In this document: one piece after another, positions 28,940 through 38,409 of the stretch
Numbering within the stretch: the stretch's first letter is position 1
Layout of the letters: each line of letters starts with the position of its first letter
DNA from: an uncultured virus (IMG/VR IMGVR_UViG_3300032046_001865)
Taxonomy: Duplodnaviria; Heunggongvirae; Uroviricota; Caudoviricetes
Length of the DNA stretch: 64,000 nt
Reading direction: 5' to 3' (one strand)
IMG/VR virus record: IMGVR_UViG_3300032046_001865
Span: 1 to 64,000 of that record
Position numbers and translations under genes: made by a program
The notes under the pieces: model-generated
The model's input: the letters and a program-made list of their open reading frames with translations, nothing else
Databases searched by the model: none
What the model was told of the DNA's origin: nothing

Positions 28940-30959
28940 GAATCAATTTTAGCAGTTCTTCCGGAGGTCTGACGTCCTTCAATGTCATCCACGGTGTTTT
29001 TTGTCCAAGATATTTGGAGTGCCAGACGTGGCCACCCGTCTTCTCTGCAAGCTCCTTCGCTCGCTCCTTGATGTCAAGATCGGTGACATCGCTCCACGCT
29101 TTGTCAAAGAACATGTTGGTCTCCGCGGTGTCAACGTACTCCTTGCCCTCAAGGACGTTCCAGTGACGCGTCCAGAAGTCACGGTAGAGGCGGATCTTAC
29201 GCTCGATGTCGAGCCAACTGGCGTGGTACACAGACGGCACATTCAGCACGACACGACTGAACCAGTCCTCGTACATGAGCAACGCCTTCGGGTCGCCTGT
29301 CAACGCTAGACGACGAACCTGTTCCATCTCGTTCGTGAGGAAGCCGAGGAACACGATCGGCTCGCCGGTGTTGACGTCGATCGGGTCGCAACCGTCTGTG
29401 CCAGGCAAGGCAACGAGGCGACCTTCCGCATCCTTGGATCGCAGGTGAACTGGCACACCGTGCCCGATTCGTGGGGAGTTACGGCTGACGCGCCACTTCC
29501 ACGGTGTGACATCGAGTCGCACCTTGTCAAGTCCACCCCAATACTCGACGACTGGGAGTGACAGCATAGGGACCGCCTTGGGGAAGTTGCCGACGAGCTC
29601 GCGAACCTTCTTCCAGTCCTCCTTACGCACGACCTCGTCGACGTCCATCTGCCAGACGAAGTCGCCGGTGCAACGCTTGCGTGCTTCGGCCTTCTGCATG
29701 CCGTCGAAGAGAGCGGAACGAGGATCGGACCAATCGCGACGAACGACTTCGATTCGAAGCTTGCCAATCTGGACGCGGAAGTGGGTCTTTTCCCCATCTT
29801 CACACGAATCACAGAGATATCCGATGTCCTCCAGAAATTCTGGCGTCACGTGGTCGTGTTTGATTCCAAGATCGACAAGACGACGAAGCGTGCCGTCGGT
29901 GGAGCCAGCGTCGACGACGACGACCTCGTCACAGAAGCCGAGCATCGACTCGATACACGCGGCGAATGGGTACTCCTGCTTCACACAGTTGAACGTCGTC
30001 GCGTAGCCGGACAGTGTCACCTCCTTAGCCATCGAGCGCGCCGTTGCGCGCCAGAAGACCGCTGGAGCCCCTCGAAGGTACTCCTCGATGTGCGTCAGGT
30101 CATCAGTGGCGAACCACGATTCTTTGGCGTGTTGAACGTGGTCGTTGAGTCTCAACTCGCAACCGAGCAACTTCGCTTCAATGACGAGGCGAGGGCATGT
30201 GTCGCCGCCGGCTGGGCAGAACACGAGACCCTTCGCGCCAGCGAGCTTGCGCAGCATTTGATCGTACGAGACGCCGCCGATCAACTCGTAATCGAGCTCG
30301 TCACGTTCAGCATTGTACACCGACAGTTCGGTGCCTTTCACCCACGAAGTAGACTGGAGGATCAACCACTTGTCAGACTTGACGATGCTCTCTGATCGAA
30401 GTGCTTCGATCGTGCGAAAGAAGCGGTCGTCGAAGACGCTGGAGAGCACAGTGTTGGGGTAGTCAACAAGGAACGGGAAACGGTCGTGGTAAGTCTTCTG
30501 CTGCTCTTCACTCATCCACCAGGTGTGCTCGGCGGCAGACATGAAGCTGGAGACGACGTTGCCAAGCTGAGTCGTGTGACAGTCACACGGCTTGCTCTCG
30601 TTGAGCTCATGTTTTTCAACCGATCGGTACTTGCAGAACTTGTAATCACACTCCACGATCGAGTAACGAAGGTTGGTCGCGATGGAAGGAAAGAGCTGGG
30701 ACTTCAGGCTCGAGTAGTTCCCGAACACCCAGAACTTCTTTGCTCCCTGTTTGATGTGCTCGATCGTGAGCTCTGAACAGAGCATCTTGTGCACCTTCAA
30801 AGGTGCAGCGTCGATCAACGCTTGAAGCGTCAACTCGGCGCCTCCAATGAGTTGCTCAGGGTAAGCGTCCGACACGAAGACGATCTGAGCGTCCTCCGGA
30901 AGGAGCGTGTTGAAGTTAAGTTTCGCGAATAGGGATCCGTCTTGTCTCACGCCTGTCAC
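28929..30959 (-). CDS. Two-domain glycosyltransferase (GT-B fused to GT2-like GT-A)
   Basis: GGAELT, KG, DTCPRLVIEAKLLGC, then VVVDAGSTDGT and QMDVDE. Confidence 0.82.
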   Translation of the reverse strand: MTGVRQDGSLFAKLNFNTLLPEDAQIVFVSDAYPEQLIGGAELTLQALIDAAPLKVHKMLCSELTIEHIKQGAKKFWVFGNYSSLKSQLFPSIATNLRYSIVECDYKFCKYRSVEKHELNESKPCDCHTTQLGNVVSSFMSAAEHTWWMSEEQQKTYHDRFPFLVDYPNTVLSSVFDDRFFRTIEALRSESIVKSDKWLILQSTSWVKGTELSVYNAERDELDYELIGGVSYDQMLRKLAGAKGLVFCPAGGDTCPRLVIEAKLLGCELRLNDHVQHAKESWFATDDLTHIEEYLRGAPAVFWRATARSMAKEVTLSGYATTFNCVKQEYPFAACIESMLGFCDEVVVVDAGSTDGTLRRLVDLGIKHDHVTPEFLEDIGYLCDSCEDGEKTHFRVQIGKLRIEVVRRDWSDPRSALFDGMQKAEARKRCTGDFVWQMDVDEVVRKEDWKKVRELVGNFPKAVPMLSLPVVEYWGGLDKVRLDVTPWKWRVSRNSPRIGHGVPVHLRSKDAEGRLVALPGTDGCDPIDVNTGEPIVFLGFLTNEMEQVRRLALTGDPKALLMYEDWFSRVVLNVPSVYHASWLDIERKIRLYRDFWTRHWNVLEGKEYVDTAETNMFFDKAWSDVTDLDIKERAKELAEKTGGHVWHSKYLGQKTPWMTLKDVRPPEELLKLIRGS

Positions 30960-31167
30960 TCTAGCAGCTGATCGCTGGGTAGTAGGCCGAAACCTTCGGT
31001 TTCATGTGACTACGCTCAATCCAGTACTCTTTAAATCTGATCTTCTTAAGAGATCGATCTCCCTTCAAATTTCTCTGATCGAGAGCCTGATAGCTCATTA
31101 CAATCGAAAAGGCGGTTGGGTGGGGTCGGAGGATCTAAGGGACATGTTGTCGCGTATGTAGAGAGTG

Positions 31168-31638
31168 ATGCCTCCTCGCCGCAAGCCATCCGACGACGAT
31201 CTGGAGTTTCTTGTAAAAGAGATCCACAGTAAACTTGACGGAGTCGTCTTCAACGGCGGGTTCGAAACGTTGGTTTCTAACGTCCAGATCATCCAGAAGA
31301 CGCAGGAGGAAATGCTGGTCAAGATGGAGGACGTTCACAAGGTCATCTACGAGCCAGACGATGGTCTCTTCGCTCGCGTGAAGAAAGTGGAGACGAACCA
31401 CGATCACGAGTTAGCACCCCTGCGCCGCGAGGTTGACGATCTCGACAAGTGGCGTGAGAAGCTTCAAGCGCAAGACGGGTTGTTCGAGATGGCAGTTCAA
31501 GCTCACAAGGACGTGAAAGAGTTGAACGCGTGGAAGAAGCGCATCATCGCTCTCGTCGTCGCAGCAGCTAGCAGCACGCTTCTCATGGGTCTGAAGACGT
31601 TCTACGACCTCATGAAAGACCACGTATCGCTGCACTAA
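31168..31638 (+). CDS. Coiled-coil protein with C-terminal TM segment
   Basis: Heptad-rich region followed by IIALVVAAASSTLLMGL. Confidence 0.6.
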   Translation: MPPRRKPSDDDLEFLVKEIHSKLDGVVFNGGFETLVSNVQIIQKTQEEMLVKMEDVHKVIYEPDDGLFARVKKVETNHDHELAPLRREVDDLDKWREKLQAQDGLFEMAVQAHKDVKELNAWKKRIIALVVAAASSTLLMGLKTFYDLMKDHVSLH

Positions 31639-31647
31639 CATGCTCAC

Positions 31648-32853
31648 GTGAAGTTGAGCAAAGCTTCGATCGTTGAGGGGGTGACGGCCGCGAAAGCCTA
31701 CACGGGTGGAGGCGTCACGATCGTTGGCAGAGACTCTCTGTCAAGAGTGGCTGTCGTTGGGCCAATGGGCCTACTGCTGAACACGCGAGCGCCTGACGAC
31801 CTAGATGACGGCGCAGTGCACCCGTTCCTGATGGCGTTAGAGCACGCTCGCGTTAGCGAGACGCAAGGCCCTGGATCGCTACGTGCGAGCGTCGTCTACG
31901 CTGACAGGCTTCTTCGAGGAGCCTCGCCAGCGTCACGTGAGCTGACTGGTCGCACGTTCACTCGCGCCGACGTCGCGCGCGTGGCTGGAGGCATCCTCGA
32001 CGCCGACGATGTTGAGGCGATGACGGTGTTTGTTCAAGACGCAGGCGCTAGTCGGTACATTGTTGAGCGACAACCGGCGAGAGCAGACAGCGTCGAGTTC
32101 GTTGACAGCTACGAGTTCAAACACACATCGAAATCCATCGATGGCACGGTGTGCATGGACGGCGCTCGAGTGTTGGTCGCAGACGGCTACATCGAGACAG
32201 TCGCCGAGATCCACGGCGTGCTTGACCGCTGCGCGAAGGAGGGTGAGAGACTGCTTATCTGCGGTCGTGGATTCTCGGATGATGTGATGCACACGTTGGC
32301 CGTGAACCGTTCACGTGGGACATTGGTGGCGTACGCGTTGACCTTCCCGTTCGACGATACGGATGCGAACACGCTGGTTGACGTGGCAACGATCGTGGGA
32401 GGAGACGTTGTTTCCTCTCTCAAGGGCCAGTTGTACTCAGCTGTCGATGTGACCGCGTTGCCGCGCGTTCCATACGCGCGTTTGCGCGGGCAGACGTTAG
32501 ATTTCCGTGGCGAAGGCACGGCTGAACGTGCGGCAGCAGTGCTCCTTGGCGTTCAGAGCAAACTCGCTGAGTCCGAAGACCCAGTGCGTTCCATCCTTGA
32601 ACGTCGCGTGAGACGCCTCTCAGGGGCATGCATGATCGTGCGCTTGGAAGATGGCGTCAACCACCTCTCACGTGTGGAGGCTTGGGATCTCGCGCTCAGA
32701 AGCCTGCGAGCCGCGACACATGGCGTCGTGGACGCGACTGACAACGAAGCTTGGCCTGGACGCGACGTGGTGCCGTTGAGCTCGGTGGCCATGGCCCACG
32801 AGACGGCACGCAAGCTCGTTCGAGCGTTAGAGTCGCTGGATTCTTACGTCTGA
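31648..32853 (+). CDS. Degenerate GroEL/Cpn60-like chaperonin
   Basis: Apical-domain-like VLVADGYIETVAEI..LLICGRGFSDDVMHTLAVN..RG..LVDVATIVGG; ILERRVRRLSG. Confidence 0.72.
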   Translation: MKLSKASIVEGVTAAKAYTGGGVTIVGRDSLSRVAVVGPMGLLLNTRAPDDLDDGAVHPFLMALEHARVSETQGPGSLRASVVYADRLLRGASPASRELTGRTFTRADVARVAGGILDADDVEAMTVFVQDAGASRYIVERQPARADSVEFVDSYEFKHTSKSIDGTVCMDGARVLVADGYIETVAEIHGVLDRCAKEGERLLICGRGFSDDVMHTLAVNRSRGTLVAYALTFPFDDTDANTLVDVATIVGGDVVSSLKGQLYSAVDVTALPRVPYARLRGQTLDFRGEGTAERAAAVLLGVQSKLAESEDPVRSILERRVRRLSGACMIVRLEDGVNHLSRVEAWDLALRSLRAATHGVVDATDNEAWPGRDVVPLSSVAMAHETARKLVRALESLDSYV

Positions 32854-33801
32854 TCAGCTAACAGGCGCGGCGGCCGGCGGAACGTTGCCAGGGCCAAGCT
32901 TGTTCGACGGCTTCGCGGGTACCTGGATGTCCATCAACCCCTTGGCTTTTGCCAAGGCTTGGATCACCTTGTTCGCAGCATCCTTGTCGACCCCTGACTG
33001 GCTAGCGATGAAGTACGCGATGTCGCTGATCTTCGCAGCGTCAGTTGTAGCGTCAAGGCGTTTGTTGGCGGTTGGAGGAGCGACCTGCGATGGTGTCGGG
33101 GCAATTGCACCCTTTGTGGCTGCCGCTGCTTGTGTTGGAGCAGCCGCGGTCGTGCCTGTGGTGGGAGCTCCGCTTGCTGCCGGGGTTGGAGCAGCCTGGC
33201 CCGCAGTCGCGGGTTGAGCAGTCTGCGCCGGTGGAGCCGGTGGCGCAATTTGTGGAGTAGCAGCGATCTGCTGCGCATTCTTGAAAAGCATTTGCGGATT
33301 TGTGTTCTGCAGCAACTCTTGAGCGGCTGCCTTGACGTTCATGACGTACGGCAATTTGCCGAACGCTTTCGTCATGATGGCGATCAATTGTTCTTGCTTC
33401 TCGGCAGGAACCAACTCTAACATGGATTTCTGGTTTTCCTGCTCCATGCCAGCTGGGACGAAACCCTTTGCAAACGTGGGGATGTTTGCCAAACCGGCAC
33501 GGATTCCATTCGCAAGATTCACTGCTTTTGCGACAGGATCTCCGCCAAGCCCAAACACATTCTTGATACCTTGCTTCAACCCACCTTGGATGTAGTTGTT
33601 AAGTTCGTTCGTCGCCTTGTCGATGGCCATGTTGAAGAGGTCAGCGTTAGGTGGAACAAGGTTTTTGAGCTTCGCTAATGCATCCTCATACTGCTTCATT
33701 TTTGCAGGATCAAGTCCAGCCTCCGTGAGTTGGGAAACACCTTCGCGTGGTGTTCGCTGTTCGTAAACGTTCTTGAGCGTGCGATCCTTGAGCCTGATCA
33801 T
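32854..33801 (-). CDS. Hypothetical Ala/Pro/Thr-rich protein, probably late/virion
   Basis: MIRLKD start preceded by TAGTTA; low-complexity linker. Confidence 0.6.
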   Translation of the reverse strand: MIRLKDRTLKNVYEQRTPREGVSQLTEAGLDPAKMKQYEDALAKLKNLVPPNADLFNMAIDKATNELNNYIQGGLKQGIKNVFGLGGDPVAKAVNLANGIRAGLANIPTFAKGFVPAGMEQENQKSMLELVPAEKQEQLIAIMTKAFGKLPYVMNVKAAAQELLQNTNPQMLFKNAQQIAATPQIAPPAPPAQTAQPATAGQAAPTPAASGAPTTGTTAAAPTQAAAATKGAIAPTPSQVAPPTANKRLDATTDAAKISDIAYFIASQSGVDKDAANKVIQALAKAKGLMDIQVPAKPSNKLGPGNVPPAAAPVS

Positions 33802-33839
33802 GTTGGTAACTAGCCGATTCACGACGTAAGATAGACATC

Positions 33840-34106
33840 ATGCAAAAGCAACGCAATGCGGCCGAGAAATCCCTTCTTGAGATGGCAGAATCCATCAAGA
33901 CGGTCGTCGATCAACGTCTCTACGCAGCGCTTGGTGAGTCCGGTGTGGAACGACAGAAGTCCCACAAGATCCTCGCGATCGTCAACGCGGCGATCGATGA
34001 GACCTACGGACGTTCTGCTAAGCACTTCGATAAGACGCTTGATACTCTTGTGAAGGCAGTCCAGGAGGACTGCCAGCTCAAGGGTTCCAAAAGCGCGAAC
34101 AAGTGA
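33840..34106 (+). CDS. Hypothetical protein
   Basis: ORF with upstream TAAGAT. Confidence 0.55.
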   Translation: MQKQRNAAEKSLLEMAESIKTVVDQRLYAALGESGVERQKSHKILAIVNAAIDETYGRSAKHFDKTLDTLVKAVQEDCQLKGSKSANK

Positions 34107-34121
34107 AAGCTGGGTGAAACG

Positions 34122-34595
34122 GTGGCGAAACATGGTGTCAAACATCTTGTTAAATGCGTCTGTGTACTTCCGCAGCTGAGCAAGCAAAAGGATCCACCGT
34201 CGCACGAGTTCACGGTCTTCTCGATCTACGACGACGATCCCGAGGATTTCGAGACGTCGTTCGTGCAGTGCGACAACTGCAGTGTGATTCATAAGGTCAC
34301 GGACGTCTGTGTATCCTCCATCTTACGTGGCCGTGACGAGATGAAATCGATCGTCACGCTTGACGACGTCAAAGGATCGGTGCCGTCTAAATTGGCAGCC
34401 ATCCTCGATCAAAACAAGGTGGATCTGCCAACGTGGCAACAGGTTGCCTGGATCGTGGAGACCAAACAATGGGGCGCTTACGTCATCCTAACATCCGAAT
34501 ACGTTGATGGAGCTCGTCAAGGAAAGATCATGACGATCCTTGATGACACTCTCTACAAGATCAGCAACTTCACAAACGAGACAGCAACAAGATGA
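34122..34595 (+). CDS. Hypothetical Cys-containing protein
   Basis: KHLVKCVCVLPQ, CDNC. Confidence 0.65.
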   Translation: MAKHGVKHLVKCVCVLPQLSKQKDPPSHEFTVFSIYDDDPEDFETSFVQCDNCSVIHKVTDVCVSSILRGRDEMKSIVTLDDVKGSVPSKLAAILDQNKVDLPTWQQVAWIVETKQWGAYVILTSEYVDGARQGKIMTILDDTLYKISNFTNETATR

Positions 34596-34828
34596 ACGAA
34601 CAGAACATCGGCAACTCCGACGGTGACAAGAAGGTTCAAGACCTGCAACTCTGCCGTGATGTGGTGCATGAGATCATGAACCTCAACCCATCTCAAACCC
34701 AAATACTGATGGTGATCCAACTACTTGGATGTGAACTGCTTCACCACGAACAGATGGTTGAGGTGGTCGCAATGACCAAAGAGTTCATGAAGGGTCAGAA
34801 TGCGTTGTTCATCCCCGACGAAGAGTAA
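34592..34828 (+). CDS. Hypothetical protein
   Basis: ATGA-coupled ORF. Confidence 0.55.
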   Translation: MNEQNIGNSDGDKKVQDLQLCRDVVHEIMNLNPSQTQILMVIQLLGCELLHHEQMVEVVAMTKEFMKGQNALFIPDEE

Positions 34829-34850
34829 AGAACGTACCAGCTTGTGAAGC

Positions 34851-35441
34851 ATGGGACGTTCAACAGTCATCAACGGCAACGCGTCGCTCGGATCTGGCGA
34901 CGAATCAACGGCGATCCAACTCGCTGAACGCATCGTGTACCTGGCTGGTGAGGTGAACGAGCAGGCCATCGCTCACGTGACAGCAACGATCATCGCGTTG
35001 GCAAATTTAGACAAAACGTCACCTATCAAGCTCATAATCAGCACGTATGGAGGTTCCGTCGATGAGATGTTTAGCCTCTACGACATCATCAAGTACGTTC
35101 CATGCCCTGTTCACACGATCGCGATAGGCAAGGTGATGTCAGCTGGTGTTCTCCTCGTCGCATCTGGACAGAAGGGAAGTCGACTCATCGGTCGTTCCAC
35201 ACGTCTGATGATCCACCCGATCTCGGCCGGTCAAGAAGGCACCGTCTTCCAGTTGAAGAACGAACTGTCTGAATCTGTTCGTATGCAAGCTTTGATGGAA
35301 GAATTACTTGCTGCAAACACGAAGATGACAAAGACACAGGTTGCATCTCTCATGAAAAAAGGGTGTGACACGTACATTACTGCGAAAGAAGCAGTGAAAC
35401 TTGGCATCGTTGATGCTATCTTTGAAGCACGGGAGAAATGA
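34851..35441 (+). CDS. clpP: ClpP protease subunit
   Basis: STYGGSV, MSAG (Ser), MIHP (His), DTY (Asp), EAVKLGIVD. Confidence 0.9.
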   Translation: MGRSTVINGNASLGSGDESTAIQLAERIVYLAGEVNEQAIAHVTATIIALANLDKTSPIKLIISTYGGSVDEMFSLYDIIKYVPCPVHTIAIGKVMSAGVLLVASGQKGSRLIGRSTRLMIHPISAGQEGTVFQLKNELSESVRMQALMEELLAANTKMTKTQVASLMKKGCDTYITAKEAVKLGIVDAIFEAREK

Positions 35442-35442
35442 T

Positions 35443-35652
35443 ATGGAAGGCACACTGAAAGAAAAGATCGACGCGCTCAAGAACCTGCTCGACTCGCTGG
35501 ACGATGACGTTCAGAAGAGTGATGAGGGTACGCTCGCAGCTGGTGGGCGGGCGCGAAAGCTGCTTCAGGAACTCAAGAGGCTTGCGCAAGACGCACGACT
35601 CTTCTGTCTGGAGCGTGATCACGTTCGCAAGACGACCGCGAAGACCTCGTAG
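35443..35652 (+). CDS. Histone H1-like Hc1-family protein
   Basis: DVQK..GTLAAGGRARKLLQELK..AQ.AR. Confidence 0.65.
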   Translation: MEGTLKEKIDALKNLLDSLDDDVQKSDEGTLAAGGRARKLLQELKRLAQDARLFCLERDHVRKTTAKTS

Positions 35653-35687
35653 TAGACATCTGACGTGGAGGCGTACTTAAACAGGAA

Positions 35688-36104
35688 ATGCCAGCCCCTA
35701 AAGCCTTCCTCCGCGACATGCATGACTTCAAGCTCGATCCCAAGGTGGCCTACACAAAAGGCCACCTTGGGCCTGACGGTCGCATGAAAGACACGAGAAC
35801 TAGCGACGCAGTTGAACCTGTTGTCACACAAGTTCTTGAACCGTTCACAAATGTCGATGCCACCGCAATCGATCCAGATGAGTCTATGAGATCTGGTCTT
35901 GTGTACACATCCTCAGATGAAATCGTTACACCGCTTGAGGCCGTTGAAGTTCCTACGGTCACGATCAAGGCGTCAACGAAAACGAAAGTAAAGTCGAGCA
36001 AGAAATCGACTGCAGTTGTTACGAATACTACATCTGGAGAAGACAACAGTGGTAAAAACGCGGTCGAATCGGACGATGAGAAGCCAGAGTCTACCGAAGA
36101 CTGA
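35688..36104 (+). CDS. Hypothetical protein with low-complexity C-terminus
   Basis: ORF preceded by TACTTA. Confidence 0.6.
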   Translation: MPAPKAFLRDMHDFKLDPKVAYTKGHLGPDGRMKDTRTSDAVEPVVTQVLEPFTNVDATAIDPDESMRSGLVYTSSDEIVTPLEAVEVPTVTIKASTKTKVKSSKKSTAVVTNTTSGEDNSGKNAVESDDEKPESTED

Positions 36105-37440
36105 TCAGCGTAAGACTTTCATTCTTGACACAAACGTTTTCCTCAGTGACGTCGACGCGATCGGCTCGTTTGGGGACAACGATGTGGTCATTCCACTTGC
36201 TGTCTTAGAGGAGTTGGATTCCAACAAGAAGCGAATGGACGAGGTGGGTCGTAACGCACGTTCGGCATGTCGAAAGCTCGACGCGCTTCGTGACGTTGGA
36301 AGTCTGCATGATTGGGTCCCTCTCCCTAACGGAGGTCGGATCTGTGTTATGCAGAACAAGGCTGACGCGAAATCCATCCTGCCGTCTGAACTCCACAGCG
36401 ACAAGAACGATAACCTGGTCATTGCGTGTGCGCTTCAACTCAAGGATAGCGATCCCATCGTTGTGTCGAAAGACATCAACGTTCGTGTGAAATGTGATGC
36501 ACTTGGTGTCATTGCTCAAGACTACTTGAAGCAGCGTGCAGCCGACATGGCTGAGAACCTCTACACAGGCGTGCTCGTCACTCCACTCGACGACGATCTT
36601 GTCGCCACTGTGTGGGCGACTAGGCAACTAGACATCGACGACGTGCCTCACGACACACATCCCAACCAGATCGTCGTCATCCCACGCAGTGGTGATGCAG
36701 CGACCACGACAGTTGTCCGTCACATGAACGGCAAGTATCGTCTTGTAAAGGAACATCGTGACGTGTTTGGGCTTGAGCCACGTAACAAGGAACAGAACTT
36801 CGCTCTGGATCTGCTGTTGGATGAGAACGTGAAGCTTGTCACACTGGTTGGCCCCGCCGGATGTGGAAAGACCTTGATCGCTCTCGCGGCTGGGTTGCAA
36901 CAGACGCTTGGTGCACATCCGATCTACGACAAGCTCGTTGTGACCCGTCCTATCGAGCCGCTCGGTCGCGACATTGGATTTCTTCCTGGAACATTTGAAG
37001 AGAAGATGGCGCCATGGATCGCGCCGATCCGTGATAACCTTGGCTTCCTACTCTCTCACAAGGGGAAGAGTGGTAAGAAAGGAGCCAAGGATATCGAAAG
37101 CGATCCGTACATCAACATGCTCTTTGAGCAGAAGAAGATCGAGATCGAGGCTGTCGCGTACATTCGTGGGCGCTCCATTCCAAACTCGTTCATCATCATC
37201 GATGAAGCGCAGAACCTCTCAGTCCACCAACTCAAGACGATCATCACACGCTCAGGTGAGAACACGAAGATCGTTCTCTGTGGTGACGTGCATCAGATCG
37301 ATGTCACGCACATGGACGCCGTCTCCAACGGTCTGTCGTACGTGGTTGAAGCCTTTAAAGACGAAGAAATGGCTGGTCACGTCACCTTGATCAAGGGAGA
37401 GCGCTCAGCATTGGCCACGCGTGCAGCTGAACTGCTGTGA
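36076..37440 (+). CDS. phoH: PIN-PhoH protein (PhoH2/YlaK type)
   Basis: ILDTNV..EELD (PIN); GPAGCGKT, GFLPG, RGRS, IIDEAQN, GD. Confidence 0.92.
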   Translation: MRSQSLPKTDQRKTFILDTNVFLSDVDAIGSFGDNDVVIPLAVLEELDSNKKRMDEVGRNARSACRKLDALRDVGSLHDWVPLPNGGRICVMQNKADAKSILPSELHSDKNDNLVIACALQLKDSDPIVVSKDINVRVKCDALGVIAQDYLKQRAADMAENLYTGVLVTPLDDDLVATVWATRQLDIDDVPHDTHPNQIVVIPRSGDAATTTVVRHMNGKYRLVKEHRDVFGLEPRNKEQNFALDLLLDENVKLVTLVGPAGCGKTLIALAAGLQQTLGAHPIYDKLVVTRPIEPLGRDIGFLPGTFEEKMAPWIAPIRDNLGFLLSHKGKSGKKGAKDIESDPYINMLFEQKKIEIEAVAYIRGRSIPNSFIIIDEAQNLSVHQLKTIITRSGENTKIVLCGDVHQIDVTHMDAVSNGLSYVVEAFKDEEMAGHVTLIKGERSALATRAAELL

Positions 37441-37472
37441 AAGCTTGATGTTGGTTATCTAGAGTCGTCTCA

Positions 37473-38405
37473 ATGGGGCTACTCGATCCTAAGTCACGTG
37501 TTCTAGACGTTGTGTTGACCGATCAGGGTCGAGAAGCGTTGGCACGCGACGCGTTCAAGATTGCTTACTACAGTCTGACAGACGCGACGACGTTTTACGA
37601 GCTCGACGCAAGCGGATCGTCTGACGTCACTGTGCGGGTGCATGCTGAATGCTCCCCAAACACTCCACAGGACGTCATCAGCCTGTTGACGGATGACGCA
37701 GGGCAGGTGACGCGTGTGCGTTCTACGGCAATGCCTACTGGCTCTGTTTACGGTGGACACATCCTACAAGGCGCTTACCAAGATGAACGCATCTTGTCGG
37801 GTAGTGCCTTTGCTTCGATGGCCGGGCTCATTCTGTCTTCGTCGCTGGACAACCTGAAGAACAACTACGTGCTTGGAACGGTGGATGAGTTTTTCGAGGA
37901 TGAGGAATTTAGGCTTGGTCCAAGTCACGTCAATTTCTCGTTGAGTGTGGCAGATGATCCAACCCACCTGAACACAGCAAATGTGTCAGATCTTGAAGGT
38001 TTCATTCAAGATCCACTGCTAAGTCACGTTCCCAACTTCCAGTACCTGCCTCCTATCAACAAGCGAACCTCTGACGAGGTGCCTGTGTCTCTTCTCGGTC
38101 AGTACTCAGCACTTGGTGGCAACATCCAGATGGATTTCAACGATGTTAAACTGGAGATGAGCGCTGCACGTAACGTCGGAAACGTGCGTACATTCACGTT
38201 TGATCCAGCACCACGAACGAACAACATCCATTTGCAGTTCTTTGAGCAGACCAGCGCTGGGATGACGAAGTTGGACGTGATCGATTTTGGCACGTACCGT
38301 GGCGACGCAGGCGCGCCGGTTCGCGTGGTGTTCGTAGGCAAGGTGTACTGGGACGATTACGACGTCGAAACCTTTGTCAGGCTCTTCACGATCACGTTGG
38401 AGTAA
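37473..38405 (+). CDS. Putative virion structural protein
   Basis: MGLLD..DVVLTDQGR..LAR N-terminus shared with the gene at 48827. Confidence 0.6.
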   Translation: MGLLDPKSRVLDVVLTDQGREALARDAFKIAYYSLTDATTFYELDASGSSDVTVRVHAECSPNTPQDVISLLTDDAGQVTRVRSTAMPTGSVYGGHILQGAYQDERILSGSAFASMAGLILSSSLDNLKNNYVLGTVDEFFEDEEFRLGPSHVNFSLSVADDPTHLNTANVSDLEGFIQDPLLSHVPNFQYLPPINKRTSDEVPVSLLGQYSALGGNIQMDFNDVKLEMSAARNVGNVRTFTFDPAPRTNNIHLQFFEQTSAGMTKLDVIDFGTYRGDAGAPVRVVFVGKVYWDDYDVETFVRLFTITLE

Positions 38406-38409
38406 GAGA

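Noticed and set aside
1..30959. Bacterial O-antigen or capsule locus
   Set aside because: No wzx/wzy/wzm/wzt or initiating transferase recognised; interspersed with phage-type ORFs and sharing upstream motifs with the structural arm
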